The translations under genes and the position numbers were made by a program. A stretch of DNA of 63,974 nucleotides, filler included, from an uncultured bacterium (GTDB lineage: Bacteria; CAYJRR01): NCBI GenBank assembly GCA_964372275.1. It is 5 parts of 5 records of this genome, joined end to end, with 100 filler letters (N's around TTAATTAATTAA, not from the genome) between each part and the next. Parts side by side here need not be neighbours in the genome. Positions count along the whole stretch, not along the records: positions 44,917 to 59,518 come from CAYJRR010000113.1; positions 59,619 to 63,974 come from CAYJRR010000206.1; 3 more parts are not named here. One strand, given 5' to 3'. This document shows, piece by piece, positions 48,967-61,590 of the stretch (position 1 is its first letter; each line of letters begins with the position of its first letter). A model generated the notes under the pieces. That model saw only the letters and a program-made list of their open reading frames with translations, was not told the DNA's origin and searched no databases.

Positions 48967-50708
48967 GCAGGTCGGTTTGGTCCGCGGGCCTTTGGCTTCA
49001 ACGACGCCAGGAACGCGTGCACGTCGCGCGTGTTGAGGACGTCCTTGCGCTCCGCCCATCCGCGCCGCGCCTGCGCCACACCGAACTGTTCAGGGAACCG
49101 CATCTCGTACGGCGTGTGCGCGTCGGAGTCGATCACCAGCCGTACCCCGGCGCGGACGGCGCGGCGCACCAGCTCGTCGGAGAGGTCGAGCCGGTTCGGT
49201 TGCGCATTCACCTCCAGCGCCGTCCCCGTCCGGCGCGCCGTTTCCAGCACCGCGTCGAGATCGAACTCGACGGCGGCGCGCGATCCGATGGCGCGCGCCG
49301 TGGGGTGGAAGAGGATGTCGACGTTCGGATTCTCGATCGCGCGCACGATCCGCCGCGTCATCTCCGGCCGCGGCAACCGGAACTCGGAATGGATCGAGGC
49401 GCCGACGACGTCGAGCTCGGCGAGCGCGTCGTCGGAGACGTCGAGCGACCCGTCCCGGCGGATGTTGACCTCCGCCCCGGCGAGGATCCGGATCCCCGAC
49501 ACCTCCTGCTGTGCCCGGCGGATCGCGCCGCGTTGCTCGCGGAGGCGCGCCTCGTCCAGGCCGCGCGCCATCGCCAGATCGCGGGTGTGGTCGGTGACGG
49601 CGACGTAGGCACGACCCAGGCGCTTCGCCTCGCGCGCCAGCTCCTCGATCGTCGACGCCCCGTCGGACCAGCGGCTTTGCACCTGGAGGTCCCCGCGCAG
49701 GTCGCCGTACCCGACCAGATCGGGCAGGCGCCCGCCGATCGCCGCTTCGATCTCCCCCTGGTCCTCGCGGATCTCGGGTGGGATCCACGGGAGATCGAGC
49801 GCGCGGTAGACCTCCTCCTCGGTGCGACCGGCGATGCGCCGTTGTCCCCGGAACAGACCGTACTCGGAGAGCTTGTACCCCTTGGCCAGGGCGATCTTCC
49901 GCAAGGCGATGTTGTGGTCCTTGCTCCCGGTGAAATAGAGCAGGGCGGCGCCGAAGCACGCCTCCGGGACCAGGCGCAGGTCGGCGTCGAGTCCGTTCGC
50001 CAGCCGCACCAGCGTCTTGGTCGGCCCCTCGGCGTAGACGTGGTCGACCTCCGGCATCGACGCGAAGAAGCGGGACACCCCGGCGCCGTCCGCGGTCGCG
50101 ATCAGGACGTCGACATCGCCGATCGTCTCGCGGCGCCGCCGGATCGAGCCGGCGACGGCGGCGTCCACGACCTCCGGCTGCGCGCGCAGGCGCGATTCGA
50201 GGTTCGCCGCCAGCTCGAGGATCGCGCCGAGAAGCCGGCGTCCACCGGTCTGCCGATGGAACTCGATCGCTTCGAGGATCGCCTGTTCGCTCCGGTCCCC
50301 GAACTTGGGCACCTTCCGCACGCGTCCCGCGAGCGCCGCGCGGCGGAGATCCTCGATCGTCCGCACGCCGAGCTCCCGGAAGAGCGCCCGCGCCCGCTTG
50401 GGACCGATGCCGCCGATCGAGGTCAGCCCCACCAGGTCGACGGGCATGGCGGCGCGCCGCGACTCCAGCTCGGGAAGTCGACCGGTGCGCACGAGCGCCT
50501 GGATGCGCCCGGCGACCCCCTTCCCGACGCCGGGGATCTTCGACAACGCCCGGATCCCACCGTCGGCGTCGATCGCGGCGATCGGACGGTCGAGCGCCTC
50601 CACGGCGTAGGCCGCCCGCTCGTAGGCGCGCGGCTTGAACGGCACCTCCTCCATCTCCAGGAAGAGCGCCATCTCGCGGAGCGCCCCCGCGATCTCGGCG
50701 TTGGTCAC
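48963..50708 (-). CDS. polX: DNA polymerase X / PHP domain protein
   Basis: PFKPRAY, GSIRR..ETIGDVD, YFTGSK.HN, LSEYGLF, TDH, DSDAH. Confidence 0.95.
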   Translation of the reverse strand: MTNAEIAGALREMALFLEMEEVPFKPRAYERAAYAVEALDRPIAAIDADGGIRALSKIPGVGKGVAGRIQALVRTGRLPELESRRAAMPVDLVGLTSIGGIGPKRARALFRELGVRTIEDLRRAALAGRVRKVPKFGDRSEQAILEAIEFHRQTGGRRLLGAILELAANLESRLRAQPEVVDAAVAGSIRRRRETIGDVDVLIATADGAGVSRFFASMPEVDHVYAEGPTKTLVRLANGLDADLRLVPEACFGAALLYFTGSKDHNIALRKIALAKGYKLSEYGLFRGQRRIAGRTEEEVYRALDLPWIPPEIREDQGEIEAAIGGRLPDLVGYGDLRGDLQVQSRWSDGASTIEELAREAKRLGRAYVAVTDHTRDLAMARGLDEARLREQRGAIRRAQQEVSGIRILAGAEVNIRRDGSLDVSDDALAELDVVGASIHSEFRLPRPEMTRRIVRAIENPNVDILFHPTARAIGSRAAVEFDLDAVLETARRTGTALEVNAQPNRLDLSDELVRRAVRAGVRLVIDSDAHTPYEMRFPEQFGVAQARRGWAERKDVLNTRDVHAFLASLKPKARGPNRPA

Positions 50709-50739
50709 GCGCCGCTTGTAGGGTCCCACACCGCGGACG

Positions 50740-51330
50740 CTACTTCTTCTTCTCGTAGGTCCCGATCAGCTCCGCCTGGGCGAGCACGTGCCCCTCCATC
50801 GCCTTCTCCAACGCCGCCTTGGTGGGGTTCTTCAGGTCGGGGAGGACGAGGTCGAGCGCGTAGAGCTTGTGGAAGTACCGATGGCGACCGATCGGCGGGC
50901 ACGGACCGCCGTAGCCGGTGCGCTTCCAATCGTTCAGGCCCGGACGCGTGCCGGCCGGCGCCTTCTCGTCCCGCTTCATCCCTCCCGGAAGGGAGGTCGT
51001 CTCCGGCGGAAGGTCGTACAACACCCAATGGACCCAGGTCATCGTCGGCGCCTTCGGGTCGGGTGCATCCGGATCGTCGACGATCAGCGCCAGGCTTCGG
51101 GTCCCCGCCGGAACGCCTCTCCACGCCAACGGCGGCGAGTGGTCGGAACCCTGGCAGGTGAACTCGGTGGGGATCGCCCCTTGGTGGGCGAACGCGGAGG
51201 AGGTCAAGGCGAGCGGCATCTCGGTCCCCTTCGGATCGGCGACGGCGGTCCGCACCGTCCCCGCGGTTGCGGCGGCAACGGCGAAGGCGACGGCGGCGGC
51301 CGCGAGGATCGAACGGCGGGTGGCGTGCAT
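50740..51330 (-). CDS. YbhB/YbcL (PEBP) family protein with Tat-like signal
   Basis: SPPLAW, DPDAP, WVHWV, YGGPCPP.G.HRY; TRRSIL leader. Confidence 0.9.
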   Translation of the reverse strand: MHATRRSILAAAAVAFAVAAATAGTVRTAVADPKGTEMPLALTSSAFAHQGAIPTEFTCQGSDHSPPLAWRGVPAGTRSLALIVDDPDAPDPKAPTMTWVHWVLYDLPPETTSLPGGMKRDEKAPAGTRPGLNDWKRTGYGGPCPPIGRHRYFHKLYALDLVLPDLKNPTKAALEKAMEGHVLAQAELIGTYEKKK

Positions 51331-51381
51331 CGGCGACCGCAAGAGTAGTGCGGCGGGCCATCGTGCGCAAAGAACGCGTGG

Positions 51382-53802
51382 GTGACGATCGACGGCGCCG
51401 GCAACGACATGAGCTCCGGTCCGGCGCGGCTGCCGGACGCGCTGCCGGTCCTCCCGCTGCCGGATACGGTGCTCTTTCCGATGGAGCTGGTGCCGGTACA
51501 CATCCGGCGCCAGGGGGCGATCCGCCTGGTCGAGGAGGCGATGGAGGCCGAGCGGCTGCTGGCGATGGTGGGACGCCGGAACGGCGAAGGGGAGCTCGGA
51601 TCGGTCGCCGATCTCGCGACCGTCGGCACCTCGGCGGTCATCCATCGCATGAACCGCGACGACGACGGTTCGGTGCGGATCCTGGTGCAAGGGATCGAGC
51701 GCATCCGGCTTCTCGATTACGTCCGGTCCGAGCCGTACCTGGTGGCGCGCGTCCACCGCCTGCCGGAACAGGTCGAGCCCGACCACGAGCTCGAGGCGAT
51801 CGCCCGCGCCGTCCGGGAGCTGTTCCTGAACCTCGCCGGCGCGCGCGAGCTCCCGACGCCGCTCTCGCGGGCGATCACCGACCTGACCGCCGATCCGGTG
51901 CACCTCGCCTACCTCGTCGCCGCGAACGTGCCGCTCGACCGGACGGAGCGGCAGGCGATCCTGGAGACCGATCCGGTGCGGGTGAAGTTGCGGCGGCTCC
52001 TCGACCATCTCCAGCACGAGCGGTCGGTGCGGGACCTCGAGGCCTCGATCGCCTCCAAGACGCGCGAGGAGCTGTCGAAGAGCCAGCGCGAATACGTGCT
52101 GCGCGAACAGCTGAAGACGATCCAGCGCGAGCTCGGCGAGACGGACGCCGAGGAGGCGGACGAGCTGCGGGAGCGCGTCCGTCAGGCGCGACTCCCGCCC
52201 GACGCGGAGCGGGAAGCCGCGCGCGAGCTGGCGCGGTTGGAGCGGCTTCCCGCGGTCTCGCCGGAGCACGCCGTGATCCGCACCTATCTCGATTGGCTGG
52301 TGAGCCTCCCCTGGGGACGGTTCACCGCGAGGCCGGTCGACATCGCCGAGGCGCGCCGGATCCTCGACCGCGACCACTACGACCTGGAGAAGGTGAAGGA
52401 GCGCATCCTGGAGCACCTCGCCGTGAAGAGGCTCCGGGAGGAACGCGGCGTCGCCACCGGCGGCGACGAGGCGAGCCGGGAGCCGATCCTCTGCTTCGTC
52501 GGTCCACCCGGTGTCGGGAAGACCTCGCTCGGACGCTCGATCGCCAGCGCCTCGGGCCGGCAGTTCATCCGCATCAGCCTGGGCGGCATCCACGACGAAT
52601 CGGAGATCCGCGGCCACCGCCGGACCTACGTCGGGGCGCTGCCCGGACGGATCCTCCAGACGATCCGGCGGGGCGGCGCGGCCGACCCGGTCTTCATGCT
52701 GGACGAGGTCGACAAGCTAGGGAGCGGCTTCCACGGCGATCCGTCCGCGGCGCTGCTGGAGGTGCTCGATCCGGCCCAGAACCGCTCCTTCGAGGACCAC
52801 TACCTCGACGTGGCCTTCGACCTGTCGCGGGTGCTCTTCCTGTGCACCGCCAACACCACCGAGCCGATCCCGCCGGCCCTCCTCGACCGGATGGAGATCC
52901 TCCCGCTCGCCGGCTACGCCGAAGAGGAGAAGCTGCAGATCGCGCGCCGTTACCTCCTGCCGAAGCTCCTCGCCGCGCACGGGCTCCGCGAAGACGAGAT
53001 CCGCTTCGAGGATGACGCGATCCGCGCGATCGTTGCTGAGTACACCCGCGAAGCCGGTGTCCGGAACCTCGAGCGGGAGATGGCGAAGGTCCTGCGCCGT
53101 ATCGCCCGACGCTTCACCGAATCGGGCCCATCGCCGGCGACGATCGACGGCGCCCAGGCGCGCGAGCTGCTGGGTCCGCCGACGTTTCGCCACGATCTCG
53201 CGGAACAGTTCGACCGCCCGGGCGTGGCGCTGGCGCTGGCATGGACGCCGGCGGGGGGCGAGGTGCTGTTCGTGGAGGCGGCGATGATGAAGGCCGAGCG
53301 CGAGCGGCTGGTGCTCACCGGGATGATGGGGGAGGTGATGCGGGAATCGGCGCAGAGCGCCCTCTCCTACCTGCGGGCCAACGGCGAGCGCTTCGGAATC
53401 CCCCCGGATCGCTTCCAGGGGAGGACGGTCCATCTGCACGTGCCGGCGGGGAGCGTCCACAAGGACGGACCCTCGGCCGGGGTGGCGATGCTCACCGCGC
53501 TCGCCTCGGTGGCCGGCGGCCGGCGCGCGCGGGGCGACGTGGCGATGTCGGGCGAGGTCACGTTGCGCGGCAAGGTGCTCCCGGTGGGCGGGATCAAGGA
53601 GAAGGTTCTCGCCGCCTTTCGCGCCGGGGTCCGCACCGTTCTGCTACCGCGCGCGAACGAGGGCGCGCTCGAGGAGATCCCGGACGACGTACGGGCCTCG
53701 CTCCGGATCGAGATCGTCGATTCGGTCGAGCAAGCGCTGGCGTTGGCGCTCGAGGCGCCCCCTGAAATCGAACGGATCGAGGCCCCTCCGTCGGTCCACT
53801 AG
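51382..53802 (+). CDS. lon: ATP-dependent Lon protease
   Basis: GPPGVGKTS, GHRRTYVG, KDGPSAG, GGIKEK. Confidence 0.97.
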   Translation: MTIDGAGNDMSSGPARLPDALPVLPLPDTVLFPMELVPVHIRRQGAIRLVEEAMEAERLLAMVGRRNGEGELGSVADLATVGTSAVIHRMNRDDDGSVRILVQGIERIRLLDYVRSEPYLVARVHRLPEQVEPDHELEAIARAVRELFLNLAGARELPTPLSRAITDLTADPVHLAYLVAANVPLDRTERQAILETDPVRVKLRRLLDHLQHERSVRDLEASIASKTREELSKSQREYVLREQLKTIQRELGETDAEEADELRERVRQARLPPDAEREAARELARLERLPAVSPEHAVIRTYLDWLVSLPWGRFTARPVDIAEARRILDRDHYDLEKVKERILEHLAVKRLREERGVATGGDEASREPILCFVGPPGVGKTSLGRSIASASGRQFIRISLGGIHDESEIRGHRRTYVGALPGRILQTIRRGGAADPVFMLDEVDKLGSGFHGDPSAALLEVLDPAQNRSFEDHYLDVAFDLSRVLFLCTANTTEPIPPALLDRMEILPLAGYAEEEKLQIARRYLLPKLLAAHGLREDEIRFEDDAIRAIVAEYTREAGVRNLEREMAKVLRRIARRFTESGPSPATIDGAQARELLGPPTFRHDLAEQFDRPGVALALAWTPAGGEVLFVEAAMMKAERERLVLTGMMGEVMRESAQSALSYLRANGERFGIPPDRFQGRTVHLHVPAGSVHKDGPSAGVAMLTALASVAGGRRARGDVAMSGEVTLRGKVLPVGGIKEKVLAAFRAGVRTVLLPRANEGALEEIPDDVRASLRIEIVDSVEQALALALEAPPEIERIEAPPSVH

Positions 53803-54062
53803 ACCTCCGCGCTCGAGTCCTCCTCGCGCTGGAGAACCTCGTCCGGGCTCGGCGCGTAGCGCTCCGGCCGCCCGGCGGCGATCGACGCGACCGGGTCCTG
53901 TTCCTCGGGCACGGCGCCGACCTCCCGCGCCGGATCGCGGGGAGCGCGCGGCCGCTCCCGCTCGGGCACCAACCTGCGCCAGCGTTCGACGAGCCGCGCC
54001 ACGTCGTCGAGTCCGCGTTCCCGCGCCACCTTGACCTCCGCCTCCCACCTTCCATTAGGCAC
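53799..54062 (-). CDS. small hypothetical protein
   Basis: ORF fills the gap between lon and the pncA-like gene. Confidence 0.35.
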   Translation of the reverse strand: MPNGRWEAEVKVARERGLDDVARLVERWRRLVPERERPRAPRDPAREVGAVPEEQDPVASIAAGRPERYAPSPDEVLQREEDSSAEV

Positions 54063-54079
54063 GTCCGGGAGCCCTCGGC

Positions 54080-54721
54080 GTGAACGCGCTTCTGCTCGTC
54101 GACATCCAGAACGACCTCCTTCCCGGGGGGGCTCGCGCGGTGCCGGGCGGCGAGGCCATCCTTCCGGTGGTGCGCCGGGTGGCGCCGCGGTTCGACCGCC
54201 GGGTCGCGATCCAGGATTGGCACCCGCCCGGACACGGCTGCTTCGCGTCGTCCCATCCCGGCCACCGTCCCGGCGATGTGGTCGAGATCGAAGGATTGAC
54301 GCAGGCGCTCCTCCCCGACCACTGCGTGCAGGGCACGGCCGGCGCCGAGCTGGCCCCCGGCCTCTGCGGGCTCGGGCTCACCGCCGTCTTCCGCACCGGC
54401 ATCGATCCGCGGTTCGACAGCGAGAGCGCCTTCTTCGACCGCGGACGCCGCCAGGCGACCGGTCTGAACGACTGGCTTCGCGCCGTGGGGGTGCGCGACC
54501 TGTTCGTCTGCGGGCTCGCCGTCGAGGAACGGGTGCTCGCCACCGCCCTCGACGCCGTCCGGCTCGGATTCCCGACGACGGCGATCCGCGACGCCTGCGC
54601 GGGGTTCGGCCGCGTCGCGGGGGACGTCGATCGCGCGTTCGGCGAGATGGAGCGGGCGGGGGTCTGCGTGGTGCGGAGCGACGAGCTCTCCTTCGCCCGC
54701 GAGGAGCCTCTTCCCGCATGA
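54080..54721 (+). CDS. pncA: nicotinamidase/pyrazinamidase-like protein, catalytic Lys and Cys absent
   Basis: VDIQND..PGG, QDWHP..H..F, PDHCVQG; FRTG and GLAVEERV where FRKG and GLATDYCV are expected. Confidence 0.8.
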   Translation: MNALLLVDIQNDLLPGGARAVPGGEAILPVVRRVAPRFDRRVAIQDWHPPGHGCFASSHPGHRPGDVVEIEGLTQALLPDHCVQGTAGAELAPGLCGLGLTAVFRTGIDPRFDSESAFFDRGRRQATGLNDWLRAVGVRDLFVCGLAVEERVLATALDAVRLGFPTTAIRDACAGFGRVAGDVDRAFGEMERAGVCVVRSDELSFAREEPLPA

Positions 54722-56688
54722 GCGTCACCCGGCGCCTCTTCCTGGACCACCTCGTCGAAGGGGAACCGTTCCCCGGACGCGAGGTCGCGATCCGGATCGA
54801 TCAGACGCTGACCCAGGACGCGACCGGAACGCTGGTGATGCTCTCCTTGGAGGCGATGGGACTGGACCGGGTGCGAACCCAGGTCTCCGCGCAGTACGTC
54901 GACCACAACATCCTCCAGGCCGACAGCCGGAATGCCGACGATCATCGCTTCCTCTGGAGCGCCTGCCGCCGCTTCGGCCTGTGGTACAGCCGGCCGGGGA
55001 ACGGCGTCAGCCATCCGCTCCACCAGGAACGCTTCGGCCGACCCGGCGCGACGCTGCTCGGATCCGACAGCCATACTTGCGCCGCGGGGGCGATCGGGAT
55101 GCTCGCCATCGGCGCCGGCGGTCTGGAGGTCGCGCTGGCGATGGCGGGCGAGCCGTTCCACCTGCGCTACCCGGCGGTGTGGGGTGTGCGGCTCGAAGGA
55201 AGTTTGCCGCCGTGGGTGGGCGCGAAGGACGTGATCCTGGAGATGCTGCGCCGGCACGGCGTGCGGGGCGGGATCGGGCGGGTGATCGAATACCACGGCC
55301 CCGGCGTGGCGACGCTTTCGGTGATGGATCGCCACGTCATCGCCAACATGGGGGCCGAGCTGGGGGCGACCACCTCGGTCTTCCCTTCCGACGAGGTGAC
55401 GAAGGCCTACCTGCGCGCGCTCGGTCGGGAGCGCGAGTGGATCGGGATCGGCAACCCGGACGGCGCCGGCTACGACCTCCAGGAGCGGATCGACCTGTCG
55501 ACCCTCGAGCCGCTGATCGCGATGCCGTCGAGCCCGGACCGTGTCGTCAAGGTCCGCGAGGTCGCGGGGATCGAGATCGGACAGGCCTACGTCGGCTCGT
55601 CGGCGAATCCCGGGTACCGCGACTTCGCGGTCGTGGCGGAGATGGTGAAGGGCCGGCGGGTGCCCGCCGGGATCTCGCTCGACGTCAATCCGACCTCGCG
55701 GCAGATCCAGGCGACGTTGATGCGCGACGGCCACCTCCAGGCGCTCCTCGCGGCGGGGGCGAGGATCCACCAGGCGGGCTGCAACGGCTGCATCGGCATG
55801 GGCCAGGCGCCGGCCACGCGCACCTACAGCCTGCGCACCGTGCCGCGGAACTTTCCCGGTCGGTCGGGCGACCGCGAGGACAAGGTCTGCCTGGTGAGCC
55901 CCGAGACGGCGGCCGCGTCGGCGCTCACCGGTCGGATCACCGATCCGCGCGACCTCGGGATCCCTCATCCCGTCGTGGCAGAGCCCGAAAACCCGTTGGT
56001 CGATCCGGGGCTCCTCGAACCGCCGCCGTCGCCGGCGGAAGGACCGGTCGCGCTGATCAAGGGTCCGAACATCACCTCGCTTCCGGTGCTCGACCCGTTG
56101 CCGGAAACGCTCGAGATCCCGGTCCTCCTGAAGGTCGGGGACGACCTCTCCACCGACGAGATCCTGCCCGCGACGGCGCGGGTCCTCCCTTTCCGCAGCA
56201 ACGTCCCGAAGATCGCCGAGTTCTCCTTCGACGCCGTCGATCCGACGTACGTCGGCCGGGCCCGCGCGTCGACGGGCAACGGCCACGCCGTCGTCGGCGG
56301 GCGCAACTACGGCCAGGGATCGAGCCGCGAGCACGCCGCGCTGGGTCCCCGCTTCCTCGGGCTTCGCGTGGTGCTCGCCCGCGGCTTCGCGCGGATCCAC
56401 GAGCAGAACCTCGCCAACTACGGCGTGCTCCCGCTGCGTTTCGCCGACCCGGCCGACCTCGAGCGGATCGAGGTCGGCGACACGCTGCGGTTGGAGGGGA
56501 TCGGGACGCGGCTTCGCGCGGGGGGCGGGATCGTCGTGCGCAACGTCACGAAGGGCGAGGAGATCGAGGCGACGCACCGACTCTCGCCGCGCCAGGTGGG
56601 GATGGTATTGGCGGGCAGCCTGCTCAACGTGATCGCGGCTCGCCTGCGCACCCTCGAGGTACGTCCGCCGGCACCACCGGCGCCGTGA
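54718..56688 (+). CDS. aconitate hydratase (short type)
   Basis: TQDATG, YVDHN, GSDSHT, GCNGCIGMG, PRNF.GR, NYGQGSSREHAA. Confidence 0.92.
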   Translation: MSVTRRLFLDHLVEGEPFPGREVAIRIDQTLTQDATGTLVMLSLEAMGLDRVRTQVSAQYVDHNILQADSRNADDHRFLWSACRRFGLWYSRPGNGVSHPLHQERFGRPGATLLGSDSHTCAAGAIGMLAIGAGGLEVALAMAGEPFHLRYPAVWGVRLEGSLPPWVGAKDVILEMLRRHGVRGGIGRVIEYHGPGVATLSVMDRHVIANMGAELGATTSVFPSDEVTKAYLRALGREREWIGIGNPDGAGYDLQERIDLSTLEPLIAMPSSPDRVVKVREVAGIEIGQAYVGSSANPGYRDFAVVAEMVKGRRVPAGISLDVNPTSRQIQATLMRDGHLQALLAAGARIHQAGCNGCIGMGQAPATRTYSLRTVPRNFPGRSGDREDKVCLVSPETAAASALTGRITDPRDLGIPHPVVAEPENPLVDPGLLEPPPSPAEGPVALIKGPNITSLPVLDPLPETLEIPVLLKVGDDLSTDEILPATARVLPFRSNVPKIAEFSFDAVDPTYVGRARASTGNGHAVVGGRNYGQGSSREHAALGPRFLGLRVVLARGFARIHEQNLANYGVLPLRFADPADLERIEVGDTLRLEGIGTRLRAGGGIVVRNVTKGEEIEATHRLSPRQVGMVLAGSLLNVIAARLRTLEVRPPAPPAP

Positions 56689-56760
56689 CCGTTCGAAAAC
56701 GGAAGCCGGCCACGTGAGCGTCGCCTTCCCGCGCGAGCTTTTCTTGGCATCGCTTTCCCG

Positions 56761-59518
<2,758 letters not shown>

Positions 59519-59618
59519 NNNNNNNNNNNNNNNNNNNNNNNNNNNNNNNNNNNNNNNNNNNNTTAATTAATTAANNNNNNNNNNNNNNNNNNNNNNNNNN
59601 NNNNNNNNNNNNNNNNNN
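59519..59618. other. artificial contig linker
   Basis: N-run with TTAATTAATTAA. Confidence 0.98.
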
Positions 59619-59650
59619 CGGCGGCGGCTGGATCGTCTAGACTAGAGCTC

Positions 59651-60406
59651 GTGGCGCTCGTCACCAAGCCGGGGCAGATCCCCGATCCGAAGAGCTTGCG
59701 GGCGGCGTATCGCCAACTCGGGACGCGCTTTCGCGCGTCCGCGACCCTGATCCGGGCGCTGACCCACGCCTCGTTCGCCAACGAAAACCCGGTCGACGCG
59801 GGCGGCCGTCCCACGATCAACAACGAGCGCGACGAGTTTCTGGGGGACGCCGTCCTCGACCTGGCGGTGAGCCACCTGATCATGGAGCGCTTCCCGGACT
59901 CGACCGAAGGGGACCTGTCGCGGCTCCGGGCCTCGATCGTCAACGAACGGCGCCTCGCCGACGTCGCGCGCACGCTCGGGATCGGGGAGCTGTTGCTCCT
60001 TGGCCGCGGCGAGGAGCTCTCCGGCGGTCGGAGCAAGGACTCGCTCCTGGGGGACGCCTTCGAGGCGATCGTCGGCGCCATCTTCCAGGAGAAGGGGTAC
60101 GCGGCGGCGCTTCGTTACCTGCGCCGCCGGTTCGCCCCCTACCTCGAGGAGCTGCGCGAACCGGGCTTCGACCGCGATTTCAAGACGCGGTTGCAGGAGT
60201 TGGCGCAGAGCCGGCTGCGCGCCACGCCGAAGTACCAGCTCGTCGCCGCGACCGGTCCCGACCACGACAAGACCTTCGAGGTATCGCTTTCGATCGGCGG
60301 GGAGATCCGCGGGCGCGGCCACGGGAAGAGCAAGAAGGACGCGGAGCAGGCGGCGGCGCGCGACGCCCTGGCGACGCTGGACGAACTCTCGGGGGGCGGG
60401 CCGTGA
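59651..60406 (+). CDS. rnc: ribonuclease III
   Basis: ALTHAS, NERDEFLGDAVL, DAFEA, dsRBD (DFKTRLQE...KSKKDAEQ). Confidence 0.95.
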   Translation: MALVTKPGQIPDPKSLRAAYRQLGTRFRASATLIRALTHASFANENPVDAGGRPTINNERDEFLGDAVLDLAVSHLIMERFPDSTEGDLSRLRASIVNERRLADVARTLGIGELLLLGRGEELSGGRSKDSLLGDAFEAIVGAIFQEKGYAAALRYLRRRFAPYLEELREPGFDRDFKTRLQELAQSRLRATPKYQLVAATGPDHDKTFEVSLSIGGEIRGRGHGKSKKDAEQAAARDALATLDELSGGGP

Positions 60407-61461
60407 CGCGGCCGATGGTCGTTCCCGCCTTCCTGCCGCCGGCAGCCCCCAAGGGCTCCCTGATCGACCCCCCGGCGCGGGCGGTATCCGGCACGCTGGA
60501 CGAGGCGCTCGCGCGTGCGGCGGCGCGGATCGATGCCGCGCTCGGCTCGGCGCCGACGCTCCGGGGCGCGCCGCGCGCCGTTCAGATCGGGTTGTTCGGC
60601 AGCTCGCTGGGGGCTCATTCCGAGGAGGTTCGCGAGGCGTTCCTGGCGCTCGGCGGCCGCTACCGGAAGGCCGACGGGCGGATCACGTCGTTGCGTGTGA
60701 CCCTCGATCCGGCGCACGCGACGGAATCGTTCTTGGAACGCCTGCGCGCCGCCGGCGTCGGCACCGTCGAGATCGACGCCGGTTCGTTCGACGACGATGC
60801 GCTTGCCGCGAGCGCCCTCGGTCACCGGGCCGCCGACGCGGTGGAGGCGGTCGGCGTGGCGGCGGCGTGCGGCTTCGAGGTCGGGGTGGTGCTCCGGCCG
60901 GGGTTGCCGGGGGCGCTCTCGGGAGAGGCTCTCCGCAGCGCGCGACGCACGGTCGACTTGGCGCCGTCGTTCGTACGGATCTATCCGGTCCTGGTGCTCG
61001 CCGACACGCCGCTCGCTCGCGCGTTCGAAAGCCGCCGCTACCGTCCACTTTCGCTCGAAGAGGCGGTCCCGCTCGGCAAGGAGCTGCTTCGGACCTTCGC
61101 CGCCGCGGGGATCGCGGTGGCGCGTCTGGGATTGCAGCCGGCTGTCGACCTCGACGGCGGAGCCACGGTGCTCGCCGGACCGTACCATCCGTCGCTGCGC
61201 GCGCTGGTCGAGTCGTCGGCGTGGTACGACCGGGCGGCGCGTTTGGTCTCCGAACACTTTCGTTTTCAGCGGGAGCTGACGTTTGTCGTCGCTCCGCGTG
61301 ACGAAAGCCGCCTACGGGGCCTTCAGGGAGGAAATCTCCGACGGCTACGGGAGAAGTACCGGCTGACGAAGATTCACGTGGTGGTGGAGGAGTCCGCCGA
61401 GGAGGGGTCGCTGCACTTGGAGGTCATCGAGGAGAGCGGGGCGGTTCGCAAGGCGGGGTAG
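60403..61461 (+). CDS. Elp3/YhcC-like radical-SAM homologue lacking CxxxCxxC
   Basis: PGLPG, VRIYP.LV..TPL, RLGLQ, AGPYHP; position after rnc. Confidence 0.75.
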   Translation: MTRPMVVPAFLPPAAPKGSLIDPPARAVSGTLDEALARAAARIDAALGSAPTLRGAPRAVQIGLFGSSLGAHSEEVREAFLALGGRYRKADGRITSLRVTLDPAHATESFLERLRAAGVGTVEIDAGSFDDDALAASALGHRAADAVEAVGVAAACGFEVGVVLRPGLPGALSGEALRSARRTVDLAPSFVRIYPVLVLADTPLARAFESRRYRPLSLEEAVPLGKELLRTFAAAGIAVARLGLQPAVDLDGGATVLAGPYHPSLRALVESSAWYDRAARLVSEHFRFQRELTFVVAPRDESRLRGLQGGNLRRLREKYRLTKIHVVVEESAEEGSLHLEVIEESGAVRKAG

Positions 61462-61571
61462 GGAATGGAAAATGGAGAATGGAGAATGGAAAACCGGCCA
61501 ATGGAGAACCGGATCGTCGTCCGGCGTCTCGTTGACCGGTTTTTCATTTTCCATTTTCCATTTTTCATTTC
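61462..61571. repeat. heptamer-armed inverted repeat element, copy 2
   Basis: (GA[A/G]AATG)n...(CATTTT[C/T])n; internal AACCGGCCAATGG shared with the reverse complement of copy 1. Confidence 0.9.
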
Positions 61572-61590
61572 GCCTCTATAGCCTCCGCCG

